A stretch of 64,000 bases of DNA from Giardia intestinalis (Eukaryota). Every line of letters starts with the position of its first letter. Position 1 is the first letter of the stretch. The stretch lies in assembly GCA_000002435.2 (NCBI GenBank), contig CM018791.1. The stretch is one strand, 5' to 3'. The notes under the pieces are model-generated. The model worked only from the letters and a program-made list of their open reading frames with translations, had not been told where the DNA came from and did not search any database. Made by a program: the position numbers and the translations under genes. Shown here in pieces: positions 36,988-46,998 of the stretch.

Positions 36988-39804
36988 ATGTTGGTAGGAT
37001 TTCTCTTAGTTTTTGTGGTAACACAGGCCAACTGCGCACAAGAGCTGACCCAGGCAGGCTGCAAGACGTGTGTCGGGGCAGACGCCGCCCAGACGTGTAC
37101 GGAGTGCACAACTTCTGGACACAAGGTACAGCTCGATAAAAGAAGCTGCGGCCCCACCTGCCCGGCGCACTCCACGGCCAGCTCGAACGTCTGCGAGTGC
37201 GACCAGGGATACACGCCCAACGCCGGGAAGACCGCGTGCGAGCCCAATCCCAGCGCGGGATGCGCACAAGAGCTGACCCAGGCAGGCTGCAAGACGTGTG
37301 TCGGGGCAGACGCCGCCCAGACGTGTACGGAGTGCACAACTTCTGGACACAAGGTACAGCTCGATAAAAGAAGCTGCGGCCCCACCTGCCCGGCGCACTC
37401 CACGGCCAGCTCGAACGTCTGCGAGTGCGACCAGGGATACACGCCCAACGCCGGGAAGACCGCGTGCGAGCCCAATCCCAGCGCGGGATGCGCACAAGAG
37501 CTGACCCAGGCAGGCTGCAAGACGTGTGTCGGGGCAGACGCCGCCCAGACGTGTACGGAGTGCACAACTTCTGGACACAAGGTACAGCTCGATAAAAGAA
37601 GCTGCGGCCCCACCTGCCCGGCGCACTCCACGGCCAGCTCGAACGTCTGCGAGTGCGACCAGGGATACACGCCCAACGCCGGGAAGACCGCGTGCGAGCC
37701 CAATCCCAGCGCGGGATGCGCACAAGAGCTGACCCAGGCAGGCTGCAAGACGTGTGTCGGGGCAGACGCCGCCCAGACGTGTACGGAGTGCACAACTTCT
37801 GGACACAAGGTACAGCTCGATAAAAGAAGCTGCGGCCCCACCTGCCCGGCGCACTCCACGGCCAGCTCGAACGTCTGCGAGTGCGACCAGGGATACACGC
37901 CCAACGCCGGGAAGACCGCGTGCGAGCCCAATCCCAGCGCGGGATGCGCACAAGAGCTGACCCAGGCAGGCTGCAAGACGTGTGTCGGGGCAGACGCCGC
38001 CCAGACGTGTACGGAGTGCACAACTTCTGGACACAAGGTACAGCTCGATAAAAGAAGCTGCGGCCCCACCTGCCCGGCGCACTCCACGGCCAGCTCGAAC
38101 GTCTGCGAGTGCGACCAGGGATACACGCCCAACGCCGGGAAGACCGCGTGCGAGCCCAATCCCAGCGCGGGATGCGCACAAGAGCTGACCCAGGCAGGCT
38201 GCAAGACGTGTGTCGGGGCAGACGCCGCCCAGACGTGTACGGAGTGCACAACTTCTGGACACAAGGTACAGCTCGATAAAAGAAGCTGCGGCCCCACCTG
38301 CCCGGCGCACTCCACGGCCAGCTCGAACGTCTGCGAGTGCGACCAGGGATACACGCCCAACGCCGGGAAGACCGCGTGCGAGCCCAATCCCAGCGCGGGA
38401 TGCGCACAAGAGCTGACCCAGGCAGGCTGCAAGACGTGTGTCGGGGCAGACGCCGCCCAGACGTGTACGGAGTGCACAACTTCTGGACACAAGGTACAGC
38501 TCGATAAAAGAAGCTGCGGCCCCACCTGCCCGGCGCACTCCACGGCCAGCTCGAACGTCTGCGAGTGCGACCAGGGATACACGCCCAACGCCGGGAAGAC
38601 CGCGTGCGAGCCCAATCCCAGCGCGGGATGCGCACAAGAGCTGACCCAGGCAGGCTGCAAGACGTGTGTCGGGGCAGACGCCGCCCAGACGTGTACGGAG
38701 TGCACAACTTCTGGACACAAGGTACAGCTCGATAAAAGAAGCTGCGGCCCCACCTGCCCGGCGCACTCCACGGCCAGCTCGAACGTCTGCGAGTGCGACC
38801 AGGGATACACGCCCAACGCCGGGAAGACCGCGTGCGAGGTGGCCTCTAACACGCAGTGTAATACTCCCAACTGCAAGATCTGTGATAACCCCAAAACAGA
38901 CAATGAAATCTGCACTGAATGTAATGACGGCGACTACCTCACTCCAACAAAGCAGTGTACGCAAAGCTGCGGAGCAATAGGAAGCTACTACAACGGAGAC
39001 AAAGTGTGCGAGCCCTGTAATCCTAGCTGTGCTGCGTGCACCACAAAGGGACCAGCGAAGTGCACGCTGTGTCCTCCCGGGAAGAGGCTCCAGTACACAG
39101 ATGAGAACAGTCCATCAAGCGGTACTTGCGTAGATGAGTGCAAGCCCCAGAGTGGAGCTAGCGGATGCGAGACCTGCGGAGCCACCATCGGAGGGACAAA
39201 GTATTGCTCGAAGTGCAGCACATCCACGGAGGTCCCCGTCAACGGAGTCTGTACAGCAGACAATGCCCGCGCGCCCGTATGCTCGAAAAAGGACAATCAG
39301 GGAGGGTGCACTACGTGTGCCAGTGGGTACTTCCGCCAGGACAACGGCTGCTATAAGACTGACAGACAGCCAGGCAAACAGATATGTACACTAGCTGATA
39401 GCAATGGTGGATGTCAGGCGTGTGCCAATGGTCTTCCTCCTAGTTCTTCTGACGTATGCCCCTCGTGTCATTTCACCTGCAAGACATGCTCGACCGCAGA
39501 CACTGCAAATACTTGTACAACGTGTGCAACTGGGTACTATATGGTCGGATCAGCAGCTGGACCATGCACTTCGTGTGACAGCAACAGTGGAAGTGTCAAG
39601 GGAGTTGCTGGCTGCATGAGCTGCGCTCCTCCATCTAATAATCAAGGCTCCGTCCTTTGCTACCTCATAAAGGATACCGGTAGCACCAACAGGAGCGGCC
39701 TCTCCACGGGGGCCATCGTGGGGATCTTCGTCGCAGTCATCGTTGTTGTGGGGGGCCTTGTGGGCTTCCTCTGCTGGTGGTTCCTGTGCAGGGGGAAGGC
39801 GTAG
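36988..39804 (+). CDS. vsp: Variant-specific surface protein (VSP) with a signal peptide, about 8 identical 76-aa Cys-rich repeats, a unique CxxC-rich region, a TM helix and a CRGKA tail
   Basis: The N-terminal signal is MLVGFLLVFVVTQANC. There are abundant CxxC and GGC motifs. The C-terminus is GLVGFLCWWFLCRGKA followed by a stop, then ACTTAGGTAGTAAAC 13 nt later. Confidence 0.92.
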   Translation: MLVGFLLVFVVTQANCAQELTQAGCKTCVGADAAQTCTECTTSGHKVQLDKRSCGPTCPAHSTASSNVCECDQGYTPNAGKTACEPNPSAGCAQELTQAGCKTCVGADAAQTCTECTTSGHKVQLDKRSCGPTCPAHSTASSNVCECDQGYTPNAGKTACEPNPSAGCAQELTQAGCKTCVGADAAQTCTECTTSGHKVQLDKRSCGPTCPAHSTASSNVCECDQGYTPNAGKTACEPNPSAGCAQELTQAGCKTCVGADAAQTCTECTTSGHKVQLDKRSCGPTCPAHSTASSNVCECDQGYTPNAGKTACEPNPSAGCAQELTQAGCKTCVGADAAQTCTECTTSGHKVQLDKRSCGPTCPAHSTASSNVCECDQGYTPNAGKTACEPNPSAGCAQELTQAGCKTCVGADAAQTCTECTTSGHKVQLDKRSCGPTCPAHSTASSNVCECDQGYTPNAGKTACEPNPSAGCAQELTQAGCKTCVGADAAQTCTECTTSGHKVQLDKRSCGPTCPAHSTASSNVCECDQGYTPNAGKTACEPNPSAGCAQELTQAGCKTCVGADAAQTCTECTTSGHKVQLDKRSCGPTCPAHSTASSNVCECDQGYTPNAGKTACEVASNTQCNTPNCKICDNPKTDNEICTECNDGDYLTPTKQCTQSCGAIGSYYNGDKVCEPCNPSCAACTTKGPAKCTLCPPGKRLQYTDENSPSSGTCVDECKPQSGASGCETCGATIGGTKYCSKCSTSTEVPVNGVCTADNARAPVCSKKDNQGGCTTCASGYFRQDNGCYKTDRQPGKQICTLADSNGGCQACANGLPPSSSDVCPSCHFTCKTCSTADTANTCTTCATGYYMVGSAAGPCTSCDSNSGSVKGVAGCMSCAPPSNNQGSVLCYLIKDTGSTNRSGLSTGAIVGIFVAVIVVVGGLVGFLCWWFLCRGKA
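37033..38836 (+). repeat. Tandem array of 7.9 perfect copies of a 228-bp in-frame repeat inside the VSP
   Basis: Period 228 nt. The copies are nucleotide-identical; alternate-frame ORFs are identical in every unit. The last unit diverges at about 38837. Confidence 0.9.
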
Positions 39805-39816
39805 ACTTAGCTGTGT

Positions 39817-39831
39817 ACTTAGGTAGTAAAC
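39817..39831 (+). terminator. Conserved VSP 3' element / polyadenylation signal ACTTAGGTAGTAAAC (contains AGTAAAC)
   Basis: Seen directly 13 nt after the VSP stop codon. The same sequence follows the orphan VSP tail in IR-L on the opposite strand. Confidence 0.7.
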
Positions 39832-42423
39832 GCATCGCCTATTGCACCTGCCCACTCCATGGCCGTTGCGCCGTCATTCCATAAAACCGTTGGACCACCT
39901 GTCTCCGAGCATCCGTCGAATCCTGCGGTAGGACCGCGCCTCCATGTTTTGCCGTGCCCGCTTCTGTATGGCAATGAGCACCCCCTACTATTGTACAACT
40001 ATTCCACCCAGAGGCAGGCGACACACAGACTCTTGGCTCTGATATGCGCCTCTGTGCACCATCTCTCGCACCTTAGCAGCCCGATTACGGCACCGTGTGG
40101 TCTGGGCACTCCCAAGCGGCGTGTGTCGGGCACCTGGTCGGCTATGCACAAGGCCCGTGGCAGTCAAGGCGTGCAGCGCTGGACTATCGCCTTAGGTACC
40201 CGGCGCATCCAAAGAGACGATATCTAGAAGAACGGCTAGTCACACCTTTCAACCATTAGTGTCTTGCAGCATCTCCAACGCAAGCCTCTAGGCAGCGGTT
40301 CGCAGTGTATACATGAGCTACAGGGGAGCTTGCCGCCAAACATGGTCTGTGTGCATAGACCGGTTACCGTTACTTGATGAAGTAGACGCTTCTCAGTCCG
40401 GGTACACCTGGTCCGCGTGATCTCCTTGCCCAAGCTCTTTTCTATAGCTATTACCATGTGCGGGGTCCAAGAGGGCAGCCATCGATTTCTAAGTGTGGGC
40501 TTGGCTCTGCTTCTACCAAGGTGTGCAGTTCTAAGCGTTGATGGACCACGCCCTAGCTGCAGGATCTCCTTCGTGGGAAGGAAGCTCCTCCACGGTCCTG
40601 TAGTCGCACCCTAGAAGTGTCTTACTCCAGTTCCAGTGCCATTATTGGTGGCTTAGCCATGGAATGAATACCGCAAGACGTTTATAGTTAATGACAGTGT
40701 GCTGCGGATCTTCTGGCGGTTCTGCTGAGCCCTGTGCCGCTATCCGCAAACATCTACCCCAGGGATATAGAAATCAGAGTCTGCAGAGGGATCCCTGGGG
40801 CTGTGAGCAGGGTGGTCTTCAGGGACCTGACCGACGGCATCCACGGACATGAGCGTTCCCAACTGTGGTCGGGTCGAAGGCAGTGCTTGCTGGCTCGTGC
40901 AGGGGCGATGCGGCTCTCCGGTAGGTCCCAGTGTCCGGCTGCATAATCTCTGTTAGATTCCTGGACGGGCTGAGATTTTAGCCACGGCATCTGCAGGCAA
41001 GCCCGCACCGTGGTCTCCTCCACCAGGGGTCATCCTGTCTCATCTCCGGTGCCATCCTTCACCGGGTCTTCGGTGGGACACCCATACACGTTAGCCATTG
41101 CACAATATACAGTATGAATCTCTAACAATCTCTGACACATCGCACAGCTCCCTCAGCCGCCAGTTCGGCCATCCTACGGCGGAAACTCCTTAACTCGTTC
41201 CGAATTAAGAAGAGAAGCGCCGTCAGGCCCCGCCAGTACTGCGATCGGAGACGTCGTGGGAACACGGGGTGCCGAACTTTCTCCGCGTCCTCGTCCAGCG
41301 CCTTGCCTTTCCCAGCTGAGCTCTTGCCAAAGTGGGCCACCATCAGAGAATTACCAGAGCCCCTACCATGACCTGTATGCATAACTACGCGAGTCTACAA
41401 ATCCACTAATACTCCTGCATCCAAGAACTGCCTACTAACCTATTAATCCACGTCATCCTTGGAAAGCAAATCGCTGTCCTAGTGCCTTGTCTGCTCCTGC
41501 AATGACGTCTAATCTTTCGCGGCTACCTAATCATGATAACAGGATGATCATACAGAGTAGTCACCTATCTTATTCCAGCTAGCACACAAGCCCACAGACA
41601 TCTGCTCAGATTGAGCATGTAGTCCCATTAGCGTACTCTCAAGGCAGACAGGGTTTAACGAGTTCTGTGGTGGTACCGATCACACCCTTATTTACAACAA
41701 ACCTATGATCACAGTAGCATATGATACAGATATGTATCTGGCATATCCATGGGGGTGTGAATATTGATAGACAAGAAGATGTAAAGCACATAATAAAATG
41801 TAAGAGGAACATAAAGGGGGTTGATGTGGCGCTCCTATGAAAGAGGTCCCTAGATAACTGACAATATAGAATAATATACACCCATCAGTGAACGCAGAAA
41901 ATCATTGACGGGGTAAATAATGAGTTCCAACTTTATGTCTAAAACGGAAAAAAGCAGATGTGGAAGTACTTCGGTGGTGAGCTACATCATCTCTACGGGC
42001 TGCTAAGCGAGTCTAATTCGGCTGATAGAAACTAGCATCTGTGGATCGATACATTCGTTATTGACAAGAATGAGATTGGGATGCTGATAATATTATCGCG
42101 TATCCTCATCTGCGGAATTATGTGCTAAGTATGCTTCAGTAGGTCTAGCTCCTGCAAAGAACCGCGTAAATAGGGAAGCCGTAGATATACGATTAGAAGT
42201 TAGGCAACTTAGCCCAAAGATGACGTGCCACTAGATTACAAGTTTGCCAAAAACCACCTCTGTGAATAATTCCAGTTTGCTTTGTCAATGCGTGACCTTC
42301 ATGGCCTGCACATGGTCCTGCTGCATCTGCAATCAAGTGTGGGGTACAGATAAGTCTAGTCTTCTGCAAGATAAAAGGCGGCAAATCCTTTATCATGAGT
42401 TAGAAGAGCAATACCAAAGAACG

Positions 42424-43296
42424 CTACTGTCCAGCGCCTCCCACTGGCTCCTCATTGGGAGTAATGGACCAGATGTTGGCTCCTGGCTCAACTATGATTA
42501 GGGGGATGCATGCTAATTGGCCGTTAATATCGAGGGAGAGCGGGACTGACTGTAGATTGAGTAGCTTAATGTACGGTTGCTGTTGGGCAATGCTCTGGAA
42601 TGCAAGAGGACTAAAGGTAACGGGTTCATCTGGAATATCGTTATTCAGTCCACTTTCTGCCTTGACGTCAATCTGAGAGAAAGAGGCTGCTTCTGGAGAA
42701 TACTTGTGAGTACTTGACTGGGACAACTTTCTATGGTCTAAGGGGGCTGGTTGAGGACCGGAAGCATACCCGGGTATGTGAAGGACGGTCGAGGAAGATA
42801 GCCCTGCACGCTCTGTTTCAGGAGGCCTTCTCCGCCTTGTCGGACGCTGAATATTGCACTCAGTAAGGACGGCCCGTATGCAACGACTGTTAAGCATATT
42901 GTAGTACGTCATCCGTAGCTCTTGACGCGAGTACTTCTTTCCAAACTTCTCATGAATTGCTTGGTAAAGCCGCTCGTCTGGAACTTGCTGGCAGCGGATC
43001 CAATTGATGATAATCTTGCGAATCTCTCCACGGTCTTCGTTAGTCATCTTTATAGTTAGGATGTGGCGCAGGTGCGTTTCATAGTACCAACGAGAAACCT
43101 TCTTCTCGTCCACGCCAACCTCGTTAGAGATCCAATGCCAGTCCACGGATGTTTTGAGCATGTACGAGTGGAGCAGACACGGGTTTGCAAGAAGGTCCTC
43201 CACCGTCTCCTCTGGATGGATTGCGTTTATGATCTCTGTGGCAAGCCAGCGCAGCACCTTTGACTGATTTTCCACGGTCAGGCAGGGCCTCACCAT
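42424..43296 (-). CDS. Hypothetical tandem Myb/SANT-like protein (IR-R copy, identical 290 aa)
   Basis: The translation is identical to that of 33193-34065. Confidence 0.55.
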   Translation of the reverse strand: MVRPCLTVENQSKVLRWLATEIINAIHPEETVEDLLANPCLLHSYMLKTSVDWHWISNEVGVDEKKVSRWYYETHLRHILTIKMTNEDRGEIRKIIINWIRCQQVPDERLYQAIHEKFGKKYSRQELRMTYYNMLNSRCIRAVLTECNIQRPTRRRRPPETERAGLSSSTVLHIPGYASGPQPAPLDHRKLSQSSTHKYSPEAASFSQIDVKAESGLNNDIPDEPVTFSPLAFQSIAQQQPYIKLLNLQSVPLSLDINGQLACIPLIIVEPGANIWSITPNEEPVGGAGQ

Positions 43297-44039
43297 ATTG
43301 TCGTGGATACTAACTTTTTAATTAAGCGAGTTAATTCAATACGGAATTCTACCGGATGGTTACCCGCCGTGTGAATCAACCCGAGAGATTTACTTGCGAG
43401 AACTCTCTTCACGGCCGTGAATGGCGGTCTCTAAGTTCCAGGCGGGGCGGGCCGACCAGGAGCTCATCCATTTCTCGGCGGTGGGCAGTACACCCCCTCC
43501 GGCGCACCTGCCCGTGCCAGAAGGCGTGCACAGAATGATCGGAGATGCAGCTGCGCTGTGGTTGTTGCATCCAGAGTGCAGACATGGAGGTAGTATATGC
43601 CTGCCAAGACAGCACACGACTTCCCTACAGCTCCTTGGCGTGTCGGCGCGTGAAGACAGAGGGCCAGCCAGGGTGAATGTCGTGGCCGGCCAGCTGCACA
43701 TCAGCTTTAGCTCACGGCCCAGAGAGCATTCAGTCGCCTGTTACCGGACGGGCCTGTCTGGTAGATCGTTGGCCCAGACCGCGGTGTTCGAGTCGTCTGG
43801 GCACATGGGAGAGCCCTGCCTTCGTCTGCTGTGTGTGGTCTCTTCAACGATGCGCAGAATGTGGGTTGCGCGACATCCAGACCGTCGCAGCCTGCGTCTG
43901 GTGGGCCCTGCGCTGTGCCGTGGTTGAGCATGCTACACGCTCTAGACATGACGGTCTCGTCACTGACCAGGCTCCGGCCATTAGCTGCTCCTACCGACCA
44001 CTCTTCGCCAACCACCAAGCAAGCCGGGGTCTCCAGTCC

Positions 44040-44849
44040 TCAACCCTTACTGGGGCTCGCATCAGCGCACCCAGGCACGCCTCCGTAGCCCGCAGGGGGG
44101 AAGCATGGCACGCATGCGAATGCAACGGGCGACCCGAGGAGACCCTGGCCCGTCTGGAGCGGGAGGACGCCAGGCCCAGGAACGACCCCGGGCGGGAGGG
44201 CGAGGACGAGGCACCCCGGCGCGTGCGGGGGCAGAAGCGCAGAGACCGCGCCCGGGGCCACAAAGACCGGCCCCCCGACGGGCGGCACCAGCGGAGGCGC
44301 GGCGCAACCAAGAACGCAGGGGGGCGGGGGAGAGGCCGCCACAGGAGATGCCCCCTCCTCCTGCTTGGCCGCCCTCGGGCCGTATGTGCGGCGCGGCAGC
44401 ACCACCCCGTGCTCCTCCAGGGCGGCGCGGACGTCCTGGGTGCGGAGCGCGTTGTTGTACGTCATCCGCAGCTCCTGGCGCGGATACTTCGCCCCGAAGC
44501 GCTCGTGGACCCTGCGGTAGAAGTCCGGGCCCAGGATGCTCCGGTCCCTGACCCCGGCGATGATCATCGCCTTGATGGCCCTGCGGTCCTCGCCAGTCAT
44601 CTTCACGTTGAGGATGCTCCGCGAGTGCGTCTCGCGGTACCAGTGGTAGATCCTGCTCCGGTCCTCGGACAGGGCGCGGGCGATCTTCTTCCAGTCGATG
44701 GCCGTCCGGAGCACGTGCCGGTGGAGGAGCAGCGGCCGCCGCGCGAGGCTCTCGGCCGTCTCCCCCAGCCGCCGGGCAGCGACGACCTGCTTCGCGAGCT
44801 CGAGCAGAACGGAGGCGCGCGTCTCCGCCGTCATTGCCCCAGAGCCCAT
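44040..44849 (-). CDS. Diverged, GC-rich paralog of the IR-borne Myb/SANT-like protein
   Basis: 269 aa. Alignable blocks include LLHRHVLRTAIDWKKIARALSEDRSRIYHWYRETHSRSILNVKMTGEDRRAIKAMII and ...FGAKYPRQELRMTYNNALRTQDVRAAL, against the 290-aa protein. It lies in a GC-rich segment. Confidence 0.55.
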   Translation of the reverse strand: MGSGAMTAETRASVLLELAKQVVAARRLGETAESLARRPLLLHRHVLRTAIDWKKIARALSEDRSRIYHWYRETHSRSILNVKMTGEDRRAIKAMIIAGVRDRSILGPDFYRRVHERFGAKYPRQELRMTYNNALRTQDVRAALEEHGVVLPRRTYGPRAAKQEEGASPVAASPPPPCVLGCAAPPLVPPVGGPVFVAPGAVSALLPPHAPGCLVLALPPGVVPGPGVLPLQTGQGLLGSPVAFACVPCFPPAGYGGVPGCADASPSKG

Positions 44850-46260
44850 CCGATAGAAGCAGCGATAAAACTAAAAACAGACCAACGAATAATGTGAAAT
44901 TAAATATGTACAGGCCTTGCACAAAAGTTTTAGCGGGTGTTTGTTGCCTGCCTGCCCCGGTCCGTCGGGCGAGCAGGGCGCCCTCACCCGGGCCATCGCC
45001 GCAGTACGAGCTGGCTTAGGCCGCCACACAGAACAGACCGCTTTGCACACGGCGGCGTCGGGGTTGATGTATTGATCGGAGTTTTTTGGTATTGCCGGGA
45101 ACCCCCGCCCTCGGCCACCAGGGAGAGCCGCACTCTGCGCAGCCCCGGTTTGTCTGCATATGCCCAGAGCTCTGCGGAGGCGGGCAGGCTGGGACCGTCC
45201 TCCTCGTTCGGGGCATCGCCGACGACGAGCTGTTGCCTGCGGCCCGCGGGGTCTTCCGCTCTGAGAGGGGCCACCGAGTGTCGTGGGCCGCAGCGCTCTG
45301 CAAGGCCTGCACACGACCAGAGGCTGCCAAGTTTTTTGAGCAACTGGCTCTGGCGCGGATTCTGCGGACACCTGCTGCCGGCCCAGTCTACAGGGGCGCC
45401 CGCGTGTCTACTGTGGCCTGGCGTGCGTTTCTGCGCGTCCTCCTGCGGCGGCTCCCCTCGTGGCGCAGGAAGCCCTGCCTGTCCTCTCCCACCGGGTTCT
45501 CCCGACGTGCTCTCCACCGCACCCAGCCGAGGTTCCAGCGGACAAAGGAGCGGCATGACCCAATCAGTCGCCAGATTACATTGTGCTCTGGAGCTGCGAA
45601 TCTTGCTGGCATCTCATGCGACAGTGGCTCTGGGTGTGCCCGCTCAGCAGCAGCTACCTCATCCACAGAGTGCTGATGCAGATATTATGCGCTACGTATC
45701 AGTGACCACAAGGGCACCGATAGACAGGGTCTCAGCCTCAGTGCACAGCCAAGGTTGCCAAGCATAGCGAGGCTTACATACTGAGCATGGGTCCGTGCCC
45801 CGCGTGGTCTTCTTAAGAACTAGTGCATGAGTGCTCGTGAGACGACGCCCCATATGAGGCGGGCTATCCGTTGTACGCGAAGCACAGCACAGCAGAAGTG
45901 GGTGATGCAGGGACCAGAGGGGGTGCTTCAGCACATCAGTCGTCGGCCCCTCTGCCTTCTGTCGCGCCTGATGGACTCTCCTCTATTATCGCAACTCGGT
46001 CGCGGTTGTCTGAGGAGAGGACTAGGTACTCAGCAGACAATGGAATCGCGTGGCCTGGACGCGATTTCGTGATGGCCAACATGGGTTATCAGGCTGGCTG
46101 TGGTCTGGATATGTGGTACAGCTTCCTTCACTCAAGCAGGTACGTAGCATTTTCACTGGTGTATATTGCACAGCCCCTTGGCACCTGTACCCGAGGCCAA
46201 CACCGCACCAGCTTTCTGATCGCTAGGACTGCCCGGGTGCGGACAAGGTGCTTCGTTCAC

Positions 46261-46998
46261 TTAGAAGTATATCTCGGCACGACGCCTGCGCTGTCTTATT
46301 GCATTGAGGTGATGGCGGCCGCCGTATTGTGTCTGTAGAAGTAGACGCCTGCGCGCATTGCTATCGTCTATCTTCTGCAGCAGCGATGCGTCGAAGCTCC
46401 CGGTAATGTTCTCTGGCTTGGACACCATCTTGGCGACGCTCTTGACATCCTCTTCTGTTAGGTAGTTGAACCTCCGAGGCTTCTTGTCTGGGCTGTCAGA
46501 CTCAGCCACCGGCTTCTGGGTCTTCTCCACCCCATTGATGAAGCCGCTGCCACGCAAAAGAGTCACGGGATAGACAAGGCCGCGCAGTATCTCAAAGACC
46601 GTCCCGGCGCCCAGCGTGTTTATGGCTGTCTGGAGCAGGCGGAGGCAGCGCAGGAGCATCACGTTATTTTCGTAGAAGGAGCAGCCGCCGCGAACCCTAT
46701 CGACATTCTCAGTGGACCCGGTCTGCAGGATATTGATCAGCTCTATGACGACGGCCTCCAGGATGCGGCCCTTGATGTTGCTGATGCCCTCAATGCACTC
46801 CTCATAAAGGCCCGAAAGGACCCCAGGCATCGCCACAAAGCGGCGCATCACCTGCTCCAGGATGGTCTGGATGTACTTGCAGGTCTGGGGGTAGCGCTGC
46901 GACGTCCTGCCGGGGTCAGCAAGAGATCGGTGCGTGGCGCTTTTATTAAGACCGGAGATGGCAGACGTAGAGCGGGTGTCTTTGAAATAACAAATCAC
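46261..46998 (-). CDS. Hypothetical protein. The start is uncertain (the track starts at a GTG; internal Mets are possible).
   Basis: 245-codon ORF of normal Giardia composition with no recognised domain. Confidence 0.4.
   Translation of the reverse strand: MICYFKDTRSTSAISGLNKSATHRSLADPGRTSQRYPQTCKYIQTILEQVMRRFVAMPGVLSGLYEECIEGISNIKGRILEAVVIELINILQTGSTENVDRVRGGCSFYENNVMLLRCLRLLQTAINTLGAGTVFEILRGLVYPVTLLRGSGFINGVEKTQKPVAESDSPDKKPRRFNYLTEEDVKSVAKMVSKPENITGSFDASLLQKIDDSNARRRLLLQTQYGGRHHLNAIRQRRRRAEIYF

Larger units (their letters stand above)
39763..43603. repeat. Right arm of the inverted repeat (IR-R). It begins inside the VSP C-terminal coding sequence.
   Basis: Reverse complement of 32886-36726. 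Boundaries were verified base by base. Confidence 0.9.

Noticed and set aside
37033-38836. Possible CRISPR array because of regular perfect repeats
   Set aside because: The units are 228 bp, contiguous with no spacers, in-frame coding sequence of a eukaryotic surface protein. The genome is eukaryotic (spliceosomal introns, VSP, ankyrin 21.1).
36903-38964. Very long minus-strand ORFs (670, 592 and 652 aa) and eight identical 68-aa plus-strand ORFs across the VSP repeat array
   Set aside because: They are just alternative frames of the perfectly repeated 228-bp unit. Their periodic low-complexity translation is a repeat artefact. The real gene is the plus-strand VSP with signal peptide and CRGKA tail.
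32886-43603. Inverted-repeat arms as terminal repeats of a retrotransposon or DNA transposon
   Set aside because: No reverse transcriptase, endonuclease, integrase or DDE transposase motifs are present in any frame of the arms. The only convincing arm gene is the Myb-like ORF. The inner repeat boundaries sit in the VSP tail, which points to recombination rather than transposition.
43677-44922. 406-aa plus-strand ORF and 286-aa alternate-frame minus ORF in the GC-rich block
   Set aside because: They are antisense to, or frame-shifted relative to, the Myb-like paralog. High GC suppresses stop codons in all frames, and the translations are Arg/Pro/Ala low complexity.
43604-46300. GC-rich block as ribosomal DNA or telomeric repeat
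   Set aside because: I could not recognise conserved SSU/LSU rRNA motifs or TAGGG telomere repeats. It is left as an unexplained compositional island.
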